In this document: in pieces, positions 11,495 to 23,854 of the stretch
How the letters are laid out: every line of letters begins with the position of its first letter
Position numbering within the stretch: the first letter of the stretch is position 1
Assembly (NCBI RefSeq): GCF_030144855.1
Contig: NC_082736.1
Coordinates: 11,098,001-11,162,000, forward strand
DNA length: 64,000 nucleotides
From: Hypanus sabinus
Taxonomy: Eukaryota
Direction of reading: 5' to 3'
The notes under the pieces: generated by a model
Told to the model about the DNA's origin: nothing
What the model saw: the letters and a program-made list of their open reading frames with translations, nothing else
Database searches by the model: none
Made by a program: the position numbers and the translations under genes

Positions 11495-13182
11495 ATTGAT
11501 TATGTTGTTTGTGGAAGCTTGCTGTGTTGAAGTAGATGCTGAGTTTTCTGCATAAAAACATTGACAGCTTTTGGGACATGTGGCATTGAACCAGCATTTG
11601 CCCCTCAAATTAATCCAGTATATTAACAACAGCACATCACCTCCCTTTTCCAAAATATTATTCAACCATTCTATTACCATAAATTCCATAACTTTACACA
11701 AATGGGACATCAGTGATATTGGTCTATAACTAGAAGTATCCAACAGGGGTTTCCCAGATTTTAGAAAAGACACTACAATTGCCATTTTCCATGAGGAGGG
11801 AAGATGGCCTGGAAGTCCAAGTATGATTCAAAAAGTGCAATATTATCTCAAAAGAGTTGTTGGCCATACATTTAAACATGCAATAACATGTATCATTCAT
11901 TCCTGGAGTCATCTGACCTGTACTATTAATAGCTTCCTTTAATTCACACAAAGGAAACTCTACATCACTATCATTTCTACAGCTGGTTTCCAATATATTA
12001 AGGTATTCTCTTAAAAGCTTATCCCTACATTGTTTAGTCTCTGAACCAATTTTGATTATGAATTGCAGCAAATGACCGAGCCAGTACTCAACCTTCTCTC
12101 TTTAGTGAACAATTGTATTAACTTTTTCAATCAATACTGGGAACACTGTGAATCCCACACTCCCATTTTCTTAATCATTCCCCAAACATCTCCAAGTTTA
12201 ATAGTCCTTCCAATACTATCACAATATGACCTCCAGTAAATCTTTTTCACAACCTTCATTACTTTCCTCATCACGGCCTGTGACCTGTTACACTAAATAT
12301 GATCATTCGGAGAGTGATACAGTACTTCTTAACTTTCTCTCAGTATTTGTCTCTGCACACTCCTCCATCCACCATGGTACAGCCTTTCTCTATTAATGCA
12401 CTTTTTAATATGAATCTCATCCACCCCAGTTTGATGAATAACATGACGTTTCTTTGCAGAAATCCACATCATTCTCACCATTCAGCTCATACAGATGCTC
12501 ACTACATAAATCATTAAAATGTCTCCCAATTTGCTTTACTGAAGTTCCACCTCCTAAAAGTGGCTTCCTGCCCCTGTTATAAATCCAAACCCAAGCTTAC
12601 AAATATAGGGAAATTGACACTTCCCAATGCTTCATCACCCATGACATCTCACGACTCACTCCAATGTTCAAAACTAAAGTTAATTTACAGTAGTTTCCTA
12701 ACTATTGTGCACATTAAATCTTGTTCCTCTCCCACCATTAAAACACACAAGATGTGAAATATCTAAAACTCCTCTACAATCAAACCATCACCATCATTCT
12801 GAGAACAAACCCACAGTTTACTAACTATGTGTTAAAATCCCCACACCATACGGCCCTTAGTGAGATAATGGACTCCAACTTATACTCTCCAACAAATCAA
12901 TCAAAAGCTTTCCACAATGGTTATAATAATATACCACTTTAAAGCCCCTACCTGTGGAAGAACATATGTCTTCAAATGCCTCATACATTTCATATATATC
13001 CAAAACTTTAAGCCCTCTCATTATGAAACATGCAACACAATGCCCAATTACAATATAATCTTGGAAAGAAGCACTTAAATGTGGTAGCAACCAGGTTTCC
13101 TGAATACATACAACATCAGATAGATTTGATTTTTATTTTCAGAAATTAACTTGAGGTCTTGACCATGAGAAATCAGGCTTCG
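11495..13182 (-). mobile_element. I-group (Nimb-like) LINE, ORF2 endonuclease to RT N-terminus, degenerate
   Basis: RSLISHGQDLK, VCIQETWLLP, ELKEAINSTGQMTPGMND and KSGKPLLDTSSYRPISLMSHLCKVME. Same family as 58860-61610. Confidence 0.75.
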
Positions 13183-13189
13183 GAAAGCG

Positions 13190-13415
13190 TTTCTTATAAA
13201 GCGCCCTTCGGAAAGCGCCCTTCTTCTAGAGTCTGGGGGAATGTACTGGGATGTTAATGATTGGTGAATCTGTGACTGATCTGATTGGAAAGAGCAAATA
13301 TTCCAATCAGGGAGCTGCTTTTTTTCCAATCAAGAGACAGCAACGACAGAAGCGCGAAAAATAACCGTCTAACCGCCGAAATAAACTCAAAATTGCAAAA
13401 CACCGCCAAAAACGC
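13190..13415 (-). promoter_or_regulatory. Orphan H2A-type promoter (coding sequence lost)
   Basis: TATA-like 13194-13200. Four CCAAT boxes (13260, 13284, 13303, 13326). cagaagcgcg and ccgccaaaaa in the same order as in the H2A promoter at 4140-4340. Confidence 0.7.
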
Positions 13416-13999
13416 CTTTGTTGCTAAAATTAAACCACAACAGGTTTGTTTGTCTCCCCTTTACCCACGTTACTGAAGACCGAAATATTTAAACCAAGTA
13501 TAGTCAATATTGCGATGGTGTCTGGTAATTTAGTTCACCGACTTCCATCAATTGATAAATGATCAGAATAAAACCGATTGTCAGCGTCTATTCGCGGTCG
13601 GTCATTGTGTAGACTCAAGTCAGTTTACCATCGGGTCGCCCTCCAGAAAGTGGGCTTCAGAAATACTCTGAACGAACCGTGACAGTGTTCGGCACTCGCG
13701 TTGGAATGTAGTTAAGAGAAATAAACAAAATGGGACAAAACTTAATGAACCGCATTCCCCGCAGAAACTAAACCAGAAACAATTAGTGTCACGTTAGGGA
13801 AATTTGATGACCTAGAAGTAACAACGGGGAAGGGGTGCGTAACTATTCCGTGTCTGTGCAGAGGGCAGGAATTAACAGGGAAATCGGGATTACACTGAAG
13901 ATTGGACAGCAAGTTCTGAGTAACGGAAATAAGATTCTGAATGAGCGCATCAACAAAAAATTTACAAATTTACCTCAAATCCATGTCTCAACATTGAAT

Positions 14000-14039
14000 A
14001 ACTCTTTTAATGAAACCGTGAGTGGCTCTTAAAAGAGCC
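14000..14039 (-). terminator. Histone 3' stem-loop and HDE of H2B copy 2
   Basis: GGCTCTTTTAAGAGCC (14024-14039), then ACTCA, then AAAAGAGTT (14000-14008). Confidence 0.93.
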
Positions 14040-14438
14040 TTTGATTTTCGGGTTTGTTTTGTCTTTACTGGAGCTGGTGTACTTGGTCTCCGCCTTTGTC
14101 CCTTCGGACACGGCGTGCTTGGCCAGCTCCCCGGGCAGCAGCAGGCGCACGGCGGTCTGGATCTCCCGGGAGCTGATGGTAGACGGCTTGTTGTAATGGG
14201 CCAGACGGGAAGCCTCGCCCCCGATGCGCTCGAAAATATCGTTCACGAATGAATTCATGACGGTCATGGCCTTGGAGGAGATGCCGGTGTTGGGGTGAAC
14301 CTGCTTCATCACTTTGTAGATGTAGATGGCGTAACTCTCCTTCCTCGCCCTCTTGCGCTTCTTGCCAGACTTGCTCGCCGGTTTGGACAGAGCTTTCTTG
14401 GCGCCCTTCTTGGGACCGGGTTTCGGTGGATCAGGCAT
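14007..14438 (-). pseudogene. H2B: Histone H2B copy 2: full length but frameshifted at the last codon (stop lost); probable young pseudogene
   Basis: [16 protein letters not shown]...TKYTSS then read-through (SKDKTNPK...). TCC AG TAA replaces TCC AAG TAA (canonical stop at 14065-14067). Also HPD>HPN, IAGE>IGGE, KRS>KPS and KAVT>KAET. Confidence 0.85.
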
Positions 14439-14484
14439 TTCCCCGTCGGTTTCAAACACAATAATAAGCAGAAGCTGACCGGAG

Positions 14485-14700
14485 CGCGGATTAAATAGGC
14501 AGTGCCCAAAGTGGAATGTTAATAATGATGGGAATGCTGAGCATTCCCATTGGCTGTTTGGAGAAAGGAATCACCAATCGGAACGCTGGGGGATGGGAAG
14601 CGGCGCCAATGTGTGGCGGTTACCGCTGTCGTTTAATGCGGGAGGAAGTACAGAAGGGCAGAGACAGGCGGGGGTGCGGGCTGAAATTGAAAAGGGAAAC
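14485..14700 (-). promoter_or_regulatory. H2B promoter
   Basis: TATTTAA at 14491-14497. Octamer-like ATTAACAT at 14516-14523. CCAAT boxes at ~14549, ~14574 and ~14606. GC boxes. Confidence 0.75.
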
Positions 14701-15684
14701 GCAAATTTCAAAAGTACAATGCAAATAAAATCAGATGAAATATAGTAAAATTAAAGACTGAAACGTTTAGTTCATGACACAGGGCAGCAAGAGAGCGAAG
14801 GAGAGGTTTGGACATTTCAATGTAAAGTTCAAATCGAGTTTATTTGTGCCCAGGAGAAAGGAACAACGTATTTGTAGCTGCATCACAGACACATTGCATC
14901 AGACACAACATTGACAAAAAAAACTGAAATTAAATATGAATTATACCAAAATATTCAAACAGACAGAGGACTATCAGAATAAAATTAAAATAACAAAGAA
15001 ACCGTGCGGACAGTTGGAGAATCACCCCTCTTGTGCTTCTTCATCTCGTCACTCTCGATTAAGCGTCACGCAACGCTGCCACTTTGATCCCGCCCATCCC
15101 TTCACTAACCAGGACCAACTCTTGCCTTTATTGTATTTCCCTCCTCCTTACACATTGGGTTTGTGGGGGTTTGGTTAATCGGGGTGTGTGCCCCCTTGGA
15201 CCTGAGGATTAGGTTTCAGGGTAGGGCTGGTGCATGTATTTGTGAGGCTGGGAGAGATAAAGCTGTGGAGATTAGTATGGTGAGATACGTGGGGCTATGG
15301 TGGATCGGGTCGTGTAGTGGAGCCACTTTGATCTAGCCGATGCCTTTCATTAATGTGGTCCGACACCACTTGGCTTAATGAACAAAGGGACACATCATTA
15401 GCAATGCAACCTGGGTCACTGTGGGTTTCCGGTCTTTAATCATGAGACTTCCTCACCCAGGCGAACCAGGCAGGGTTGATCAGGCCAAGCTTGTGTTTAT
15501 CCCATTGGCCAAGATAATGAGAGGCATGTAATCCTACATGTTGTGGATATTTTAGACCTTGTTACTTGGCCTTATTTTGACCATTTGGGTAGTACAATCT
15601 TCTGAGGCTTATAATCAGGCTTTACCTCCTAGTAAGGTTCAACTTCCCTACTTTAAATTTACACCTGTCTTTATTTATTACAAT

Positions 15685-15985
15685 CAGACCACACAGCTTC
15701 AAAATAGAGCGGCATCCTTTTAGAATGCAGATGAGGAGGAGTTTCTTCAGGCAGAGAGTGGTGAATCGGTGGAATTTTTTTGCCACAGGCAGCTCTGGAA
15801 GCAAAAATCACTGGGTATAGGCAGAGATTGATGAATTCCTGATTGGTCAGGGAATGAGGGGATACAAGGGAAGGAAGGCGATTGGGACTAAGAGGAAAAT
15901 ATGATCAGTGATGATGAAATGCCAGAGAAGGTTCAACAGGCAAAATGGCCGAATTCTGCTCCTATATCTGATGGTCTTATGGACT
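15685..15985 (+). mobile_element. CR1 LINE 3' end
   Basis: FRMQMRRSFFRQRVVNRWNFL and the CR1 3' UTR. Confidence 0.8.
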
Positions 15986-16149
15986 CATTCAGTGACTAAA
16001 ATTCTCCCAGACACTGCTGATCTCAGCTTTGACTCAACCCAGCACCTGAGGCTCCAGATTACTTATATATGGAATGCAGAAGTCCTTTCTGCTCAGATTA
16101 AAGAAATATCATCTCTTTTCCACCCTGAATGCTTGTCATCTCATTCTGA

Positions 16150-16390
16150 GCAACAGACGCAAAATGCTAGCGGAAGTCAGCAGGCCAGGCAGCATCTATG
16201 AAATAGAGTAACGAGCCGATGCTTCGGGCTGAGAATCATCACCAGGACGAGAACTGATGGAAGGGTCTCGGCCCGAAGTGTCGACTGTTTACTCTTTTCC
16301 ATAAAGGCTGCCTGTCTTGCTGAGTTCCTTCAGCATTTTGTGTGTGTTGATTTGGATTTCCAGCATCAACAGATTCCCTCATGTTTGTGA
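16150..16390. mobile_element. Fold-back element of two inverted Penelope pLTRs, each with a hammerhead remnant
   Basis: The arm 16161-16246 is the inverted copy of 16254-16340. The right arm has CTGATGG-AAGGGTCTCGGCCC-GAAGT-GTCGACTG. Confidence 0.8.
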
Positions 16391-16394
16391 TTTA

Positions 16395-18760
16395 TGTCTA
16401 ATTCTGAGGGTGTTTTCCTCAGTTATGGAGCTCTCATTCGGGGGAAAGATCCCCCTTGCCTACTGCCTGTCACATCCTGAAAGAATCTAACAGATTTCCT
16501 CATTTTCACATTGACTGCAGGGAATACAGACCCAACCCACTCACTCTCCTCTCACGTAACCAACCCTCCATCCCTGGAACCAGCCCAGTCAGTGTGGGGA
16601 ACAGTCACTGCGCTACCTCTAATTCACGGTTATCCTTCCTGAGGAAGTGTGACCAAACCCACTACATTCAAGGTGTGCTCTCACCAGGGCCCTATAGAAT
16701 TCCAGTGAGACATCTGTACCCCTCTTCTCCACTCCTCCTGGATCACAGGCAAAATAATGTTTGCTCTCTCATTACCTGTAGTATCTGCATGTTAAATCAA
16801 GTGATTTGTTTACAACGACACCCACATCCCTCTGAACATCCCCATGTGGAAATAACTCTTACAGTTTGTTCCTGGGAATGGGTGATCTCACATTTCCCCA
16901 CATTCTGTTCCATCTGCCCCATCCTCAACCATTCACTCTCCTGTTGACATCCCCCAAATCTTCTCACAACTGACACTGTCCCTCCCGCTCTGCCACAGCC
17001 GCAGACGTAGTCACTGATATATGTAGCACAGAAACAGGCCCTTCAGCCCAACACATCCATGCTGACCAAGTGGCCAAACAAAACCATTGTCAGTTGCCTG
17101 CAGAGGCAATCTGCAGTTACACTGATGGGATTATCGTATTGGCCCCCAATTACCACCAGGAGGTGCAGGAACGGAGATGTTTATGTTTATGGAGAGGTGC
17201 CGAGCAGGGTTGTCTTAGTGGGGGACTTCATTTTCCATAGAATTAATTAGATCTTTCTCAATACTTAGATGCACAAGACTTCTTCAGTGAATCCGAGGAG
17301 TATTTGAAATATTATGTACAGAGCCCAACCAGAGAAGAGAACATACGGGAATTAGTTTAGGGAAACGAGCCAGGCCTGGTGACAGCTAAGTGTCAGTGAA
17401 CATTTTGGGAACAGTAATCGCAAATTTTTTTTTGGTTATGAGTAAGAATAAAATCAGATCTTGTATGAAGGTACTGAATTGCAGTAGGGCAAGTTAGGAC
17501 GGAGTAAGACAGAAGTCAAGGAGCATTGATTGGGAGCAGCCACTGTCAGACAAGTCCACATCTGACATGCGGGAGTTTTTTAATGATCAGCAGCTCAGAG
17601 TTCAGGATCAGCATGTTCCTGTAAGGAGCAAGGACAAGGATAGTAAGGTAAGGGAACTTCACATAAGTGGAAAGATCCTACATTGAAGGATATGGAAGGT
17701 TTATGAAGCTAAAATCAGACTGGGAAACTTTGGAATATAAAGATAGCAGAGAAATGCTAAAGGAGCTGATAGGAAAGGCCAAATGGCACCACAAACTCTA
17801 CTTGCAATGTAGGACCAAAGATAATCCCAAGGCCTTTTGATTTGTATTAATAAAACAAGGCTAACCAGAGAATGGAAAGGTCTACTCAAGATTAAAGGAT
17901 GAATGATGTGGATGAAGTCAGACCAAGTGGCTGAGGTACTAAATGAGTATGCTGTGTCAATATTTACCGAGGAGAAGGAATTGAATGTCAATGAAAACAG
18001 AGTGGAGCAGGCTAATGTGCAGAGACTTGTTGAGATTAAGGAGGAGGTTGTGCTGGGACGTCTGGAAAGCAATAAGATGGATAAGACTCCAGGACTTGAA
18101 GGCATATATCCGACAATAGTGAAAGAAGCAAGTGAGCACATGGCTGGGGATTTCACAAGGACCAGTGTGTCCTGGATCACCACATGTGAGGTCCCACAGT
18201 GCTGGTGTGTTGCAAATGTTGCAGCTTTGATCAAGAAGGTAAATAACAAGAATCCAGGAGCTGCCGCTCCTTACGGACCATGTTAGAGAACCGGAGATGC
18301 AGCTCGATGATTTTCATCTGGTCAGGGAAAGTGTGGAGGGGATAGAGAGTAGCTATAGGCAGGTAGTCACTCTGGGGCCTGGGGAGACAGGTAAGTGGGT
18401 AACAGTCAGGAGAAGGTAGTGCAAGAGGTAGATGCTCATCCTCTGCACATCCAATTTATCAAGGCCTTTCACCATTTAATTTCAATTAGGTCAACACTCA
18501 TTTTCCTAAATTCCAGTGAAGACAGGCCAAAAGCCAATAAACACTCTTCATATGACAAGCTGTTTAATCCTGGAATCACTTTCGAGAACATTCTTTGTAA
18601 CCCATCCAGCTCATCCTTCCTGAGATAAAGGACCCAAAACAGCTCACAACAGTGAGATCGCACCAGTACTTTATACAGTACATTATTATGATTGGTGCAG
18701 ATATTGTGGGCCAAAGGGCAGGTTGCCATCTGTTCCATATTGTGTACTGTGCTTTATCTA
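16395..18760. mobile_element. Mosaic of CR1 fragments on both strands
   Basis: Minus-strand 3' end at 16400-16950. Plus-strand endonuclease/RT start (VVLVGDF; QVAEVLNEYAVSIFTEE; KTPGLEGIYP) at 17130-18250. Minus fragment at 18430-18690. Confidence 0.7.
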
Positions 18761-18900
18761 ACAGCTACTGCAGGGACATGGTTACAGAGACTTGGACTGC
18801 GAATTTGATATTCCTACATGTTTAATGTTCCACATGGAATCAGCAAAATGGAAAGGAGCAGGGTAGATTTGTTTATAACGTGCGGGTGAAGGGGTGGATA

Positions 18901-20376
18901 CAGTGCCATCAAAAGTATTCAGTCTGCTTTGGAGGTTTTCAAGTTTATTGTTTTGGAACGTTGAATTTGGCTTTTTTGACACTGATCAACACGAAAGACT
19001 CTGTGGTGTCAAAGTAAAAACAGATCTCTTCAGAGTCATCTAAATTAATTGCAAATATAAAACACAAAATGATTCAGTGCATTAGTATTCACCTCCAATT
19101 CAGTCACTAGTTGATGCACCTTTGTCAGTAATTACAGTTCGCTCTGTGTGGATAGGTCTCTATCCACTTTGCACATCTGGACACTGAAAATTTTCTCCTT
19201 TCCATATTAGAAAACTGCTGAAGCTTTGTCAGTTTGCACGCGGTTCATGATCGAACAGACCTTTTCAAGTCCAGCCACAAATTCTCAATTGGACTATGAT
19301 TTGGCCACTCCTGGACATTAACTTTGTTTTGAGGCATTCCTGTGTAGCTTTGTTTTTATGCTTTTATTTTATCATCTAATTTTATGAGCCTTCCAGGACA
19401 TGCTGTAGTGAAGCATTCCTACAGCATGATGCAGCCTCCAATGTACTTTGCGGTAGGGATGGTGTGTTTTTGATGATGTGCAGTGTTTGGCTTATACCAG
19501 AATTGGTGATTAGTCAGATAGCCAAAAAGTTGAACACTGGTTTCATCAGACCATGGGACCTTTATCCAGCTGGTTTCAGAGTCCCCCCTCAAGGTTTCTG
19601 ACAAACTCCAGGTGAAATTTCATGAGAGTTTTTTTTTTCCATCAGTGGCTTTCTCTTTGTCACTCTCATATAAAGTTGTGACAGTGAAACACCCAGGCAA
19701 CAGTTGCTGTATGTTCAGTCTCTCCCATCTCAGCCACTGCGGCCTGTAACTTCTCCAGAGTTGTCACAGGTCGCTTGGTGGACTCCCTTACTGGCCCCTT
19801 CTTGCACAGTCACTCAGTTTTTGAGGATGTCTTGCTCTTGGCAGATTTACAGCTCTGCCATGTTCTTTCTATTTCTGTACTCCAAGGGTATTCAGTGACT
19901 TGAATTTTTTATACATCTCCTGAATTGTGTTTTTCAATAACCGTTTTTCAGAGGTTGCTTGGAGTGTTAATCTGACTTCATGGTGTAATTTCTCCCAGGA
20001 TACTGACACACCAGCAGCTGGACCTTCCAGATATTGGTGTATTTTTACTACAATCAATTGAAACACCTTGACTGCACACGGTGATCTCCACTTAGCTGAT
20101 TATGCAATTCCTAAAACCAATTGACTGGACCAGTATTGATCTGGTGAGTCATATTAAAGCGGGTGAATACGTAGACAGGCAAATATTTTGTGTTTTTTTT
20201 TATCTGCAATTAAATTTGAGCACTTTGTAAAGATCTGTTTTCACTTTGACAAAAAAAGTCTTTTTTTCCATTCATTAGTATCACAACAACCCAAATTCAA
20301 TGCACAGTGTTTCAATACTGCAAAATAATAAAACATGAAAACTTTCAAGAGGCATGAATACTTTTCATAGGCACCT
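18901..20376 (-). mobile_element. Tc1/mariner DNA transposon, IR/DR type, decayed transposase
   Basis: TA|cagtgccatcaaaagtattca ... tgaatacttttcataggcacct|TA. TIRs of about 200 bp with an inner agtattcac repeat. Minus-strand WSDET...HHQKHTIPTAKYIGGCIML (DD34E region). Confidence 0.88.
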
Positions 20377-21339
20377 TACATATGGGGATAGTGATTGGGA
20401 AAGGGGGAAGGGAAAGTAGACATGTGGAGGATATCAAAGAGAGATGAGAATAGAATTGTGATTGTTATGAGAGACTTAATCAGAAGCAGATTGGGATACC
20501 ACTGCACTGAGTACCTTTGCTCTGTGAGCTGCAACAACCATGACCTGCCAGTGGCAACCTATTCTAGTTCTGTTTCCTATTCCCATACCCACATATCGGT
20601 GCCTTACAGCTGTCTTAACCGGGTGTCAGGGTGGTAATGGGGTCAAGCTGGCACTTTCTATCAAATGCTGCCTCAAAATGCATCTGTCAACCAAATCCAG
20701 CTCCTGGCTTTTACATATGGCTTAGCTACTAAGCCCGATGGAACTGTTTCTAGTGTCAGCGGAAGGTGCAAATGTGTTACTGGGATCATATAACCAACTG
20801 CTTAGGGCAGATGGGGCTTGTCACCCACAGTTGGCAGCTCATCCAGTGGAAGGAAAATTCTGACCCCTGACCCCCACTGGCTTGAGGCTGGACCCATTCA
20901 AGGGGAAGGTATTGGGAGTAAACTCCGAGGAAAAATCCAGAACTGGATTCCCTGTCAGTCCGATGTTCAATGCAGACGGGCAATCCTGTGACACAGCCGG
21001 TGCCTGACTGCATTGGTCTTTGTTGTTGCGATGGATTCATCAGCTGCGTGGAGAGAAGGAGCCCCTGCATGGGCAACAGCTTGCTTTACATATTCTACTA
21101 CCCTGGCTTGCATATTGACTTTCACAGTGAGGGCAGAATATCCATGGTCGACCCTGACCAGTGGAGGGCCATCACCAACATGTCTGTCCATGGCTTCCTC
21201 TCCTACTACAATGAGGCCAACTACAGGTTGAATGAGCAACGCCTCACATTCCGACTGTGTCGCCTCCAATCTCAAAGGCATGAACATTGATTTCTTCAAA
21301 TTCAGGAAATCACTATCCTCTGTTTCTTGCCACACTCCA

Positions 21340-21810
21340 CCTCAGTGCATTTTGCACTTAATGTCAGTAAGACAAAAGACCTGACTGAAGGATGGGTAAG
21401 GCTAAGGAACATGAACCAGTCCGCAGAGGGATCAGAAGTGGAGTGAGGGAACAATTTTGAGTTCCTGGGTGTCAATATCTCTGAGGATCTAACCTGGTCG
21501 CAACATATCGATGCAGCAACAGTATAAAGAGAGCAAGACAGTGGAGACATTTCATCAGGAGTTTGAGGATATTTGGTTTGTCACTTTAAAACACTCAAAA
21601 CCTGATACAGATGTATTTGATATATTATTTTTTACTTCTGTTTCTGCACTATATTTAATCTACATAATATCCATATACACACACATTCTATAATTTACTT
21701 ATTCTTTCTATATTATCACGTCCTGCATTGAACTGCTGCTGCTAAATTAACAAATTTCCTGACACCAACCGGTGGTAATAAACCTGATTCTGGTTCTGAC
21801 TCTGAATTCA
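21340..21810 (+). mobile_element. Rex1/Babar LINE 3' fragment
   Basis: LNVSKTKDL, FEFLGVNISEDLTWSQHI, and an aataaac(ctgatt)-like tail. Confidence 0.7.
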
Positions 21811-23854
21811 TCCCCACAGACGGATGTGGCCAAATCATTGGGTATATTGAATGATGAGGTTCTTGATTGTGGGAGCAGGGTAAGAGTGTTCGAGAGGGTT
21901 AAGAGATCTGTCATGATCTCTTATTCCAGGCAGAATGGGGCGGCAGACAGGATGGGCCAAATGGCCTAATTCTGCTCCTGTGTCTTATGGTCCAGGAGCA
22001 GCTGCAGGACATTTCAAAGGGAAGGTTGAGCAGCCGGACATTGTGGTGGATGGTGCATGTTGGTTATAGCAACGTAGGGAGGAGGAGGAATGTGGTCCTG
22101 TGCAGTGAATTTAGAGAAATAAGACAGAAACTGAAAAGTAGTCTCTATATTACTCCCAGTGACACTTGTTAGCGCATGGAGATACAGACAGATACCACTG
22201 ATGAATGTGTGCCTGATGAGCTGGTGCAGGGGACAAAGATTCAGATTCATGGATCAATGGGGATAACTACTAGGAATGATTGACAGAAACTGTTCACTCC
22301 CTAGGGTCTTCATGGGAAGGAACAGTTTTCTCCCTCCTAAAACTGCAGGGAATAGTTTTAACGTGACAGGTTGGAGGTTTAAAGAGAACCTGAAGGGTGA
22401 GGTGATGGAAGTGGATAAAATTATGTGAGACATACAGAGGTGAGAGAGACAGAGACAGTTTCTCTTGATATGGGTGTAAAACTAAAGGTAATAGTTTTAA
22501 TGTGAGAGGTCGGAAATTTAAAGGGAATTTGAAGGGTAAGTATTTCACAGTGAGGTATTCCAAGTGAGCCATCAGAGGAGGTGTTGGATGCAGAAACACA
22601 CAGTCTCTGGTCATGAACACTTCTCAGGAACCTGTCATTACTGTGTTCAATCTGCCCTGGTTGATCTTCCAGGTGTTGAGTCCATTGTTGTTTTCCATCT
22701 GTATTAACGATCTCGATGAGAACGTGGTAAACTGGATCAGCAAGTTTGCAGATGACACCAAGTTTAGGGGTGTGATGGACAGCAAAGGCAGCTAGAAAAT
22801 CTTGATATCAGATGTGGAGCAGGTGGCAAAATGAAATTGGTTATAATCTTGAACACACTGCCTGAGGAGGTGGTGTAGGCTGGTATTTAATGACCATCTG
22901 GATGAGCATTTGAATCACCAGGACAGGGTAGAAGACAGACCCAAGGCTGAGTTAGTGGAGGCAGATTCTCAATGGTCAGTATAGATATGCAGAATCCACT
23001 GAAAGTGCAGTGGGAACCTGGAACACAGACTTCAGGATGGACTTACCTAAAACACTCAGAACCCAGGACGAGGGACAATACTTTTGTTACTGAACAAAAG
23101 TATTAATGGTCACACAGTAAACCAAACCCCTCAAAAGGTGACCAAAATGCTCCCATTCCCTGTGCACCAGTAACAGTGCTTTATATAGGAAATTGGTGAA
23201 GTCCTCTGGATAATATTAGGAGAGATGGCTGACAGCTTCATCACAGTGTGAGGGTACAGATATCTTCTCAGAGGATAAGGGGTTTACTGGAACAGGCTCA
23301 TAGCTGAGAATGAAGGTAACAAACCCATTGCAGTGGAGGACTGCTGTCGTCAGGGTTGTACAGGATAGAAACAAACCCTCTGGCCCATCACATTTATCCT
23401 CCTCATCACGCACAGCTATACTAATCCCACTTTCCTGCATTAATTTCATATCCCTCCAAGCCTTGGTCACTGAAGTACCTGTGCATCTGTCTCTTATACT
23501 GTTACACAGTTCCCTGTATGTGGCATCAGAGGTAGACAGGGTTGTGTGTTGTACTTGCCTTATCAGCCAAAGAACTGCCTCTCATTGGAATTGTACAAAA
23601 CGGTTTAAAGACAGATTTGAAGGGGATCTGAAGGGTATTTATTTCACACAGAGAACAGCTGGAATCTTGAATTAACTCCCAAAATAGAGTCAGTGATTTA
23701 TACAGAACTGAAACCGTCCCTTCGGTAAAACTCATCCACGCCGACCAAGTTGTCGATCTGAACTCGTCCCATCCGCCTGCATTAGGCCCGTGTCCCTCTC
23801 AACCTTTCCTATCCATGTAACTGTGCAAATATGGTTTAAATATTGTACCTGGCG

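Noticed and set aside
23843-23852. Possible minus-strand splice donor (CAG|GTACAA) ending a first exon from the CpG island
   Set aside because: The motif is the edge of a CR1 3'-end fragment (23690-23850, ...aaatattgtacctg), and it is a weak donor.
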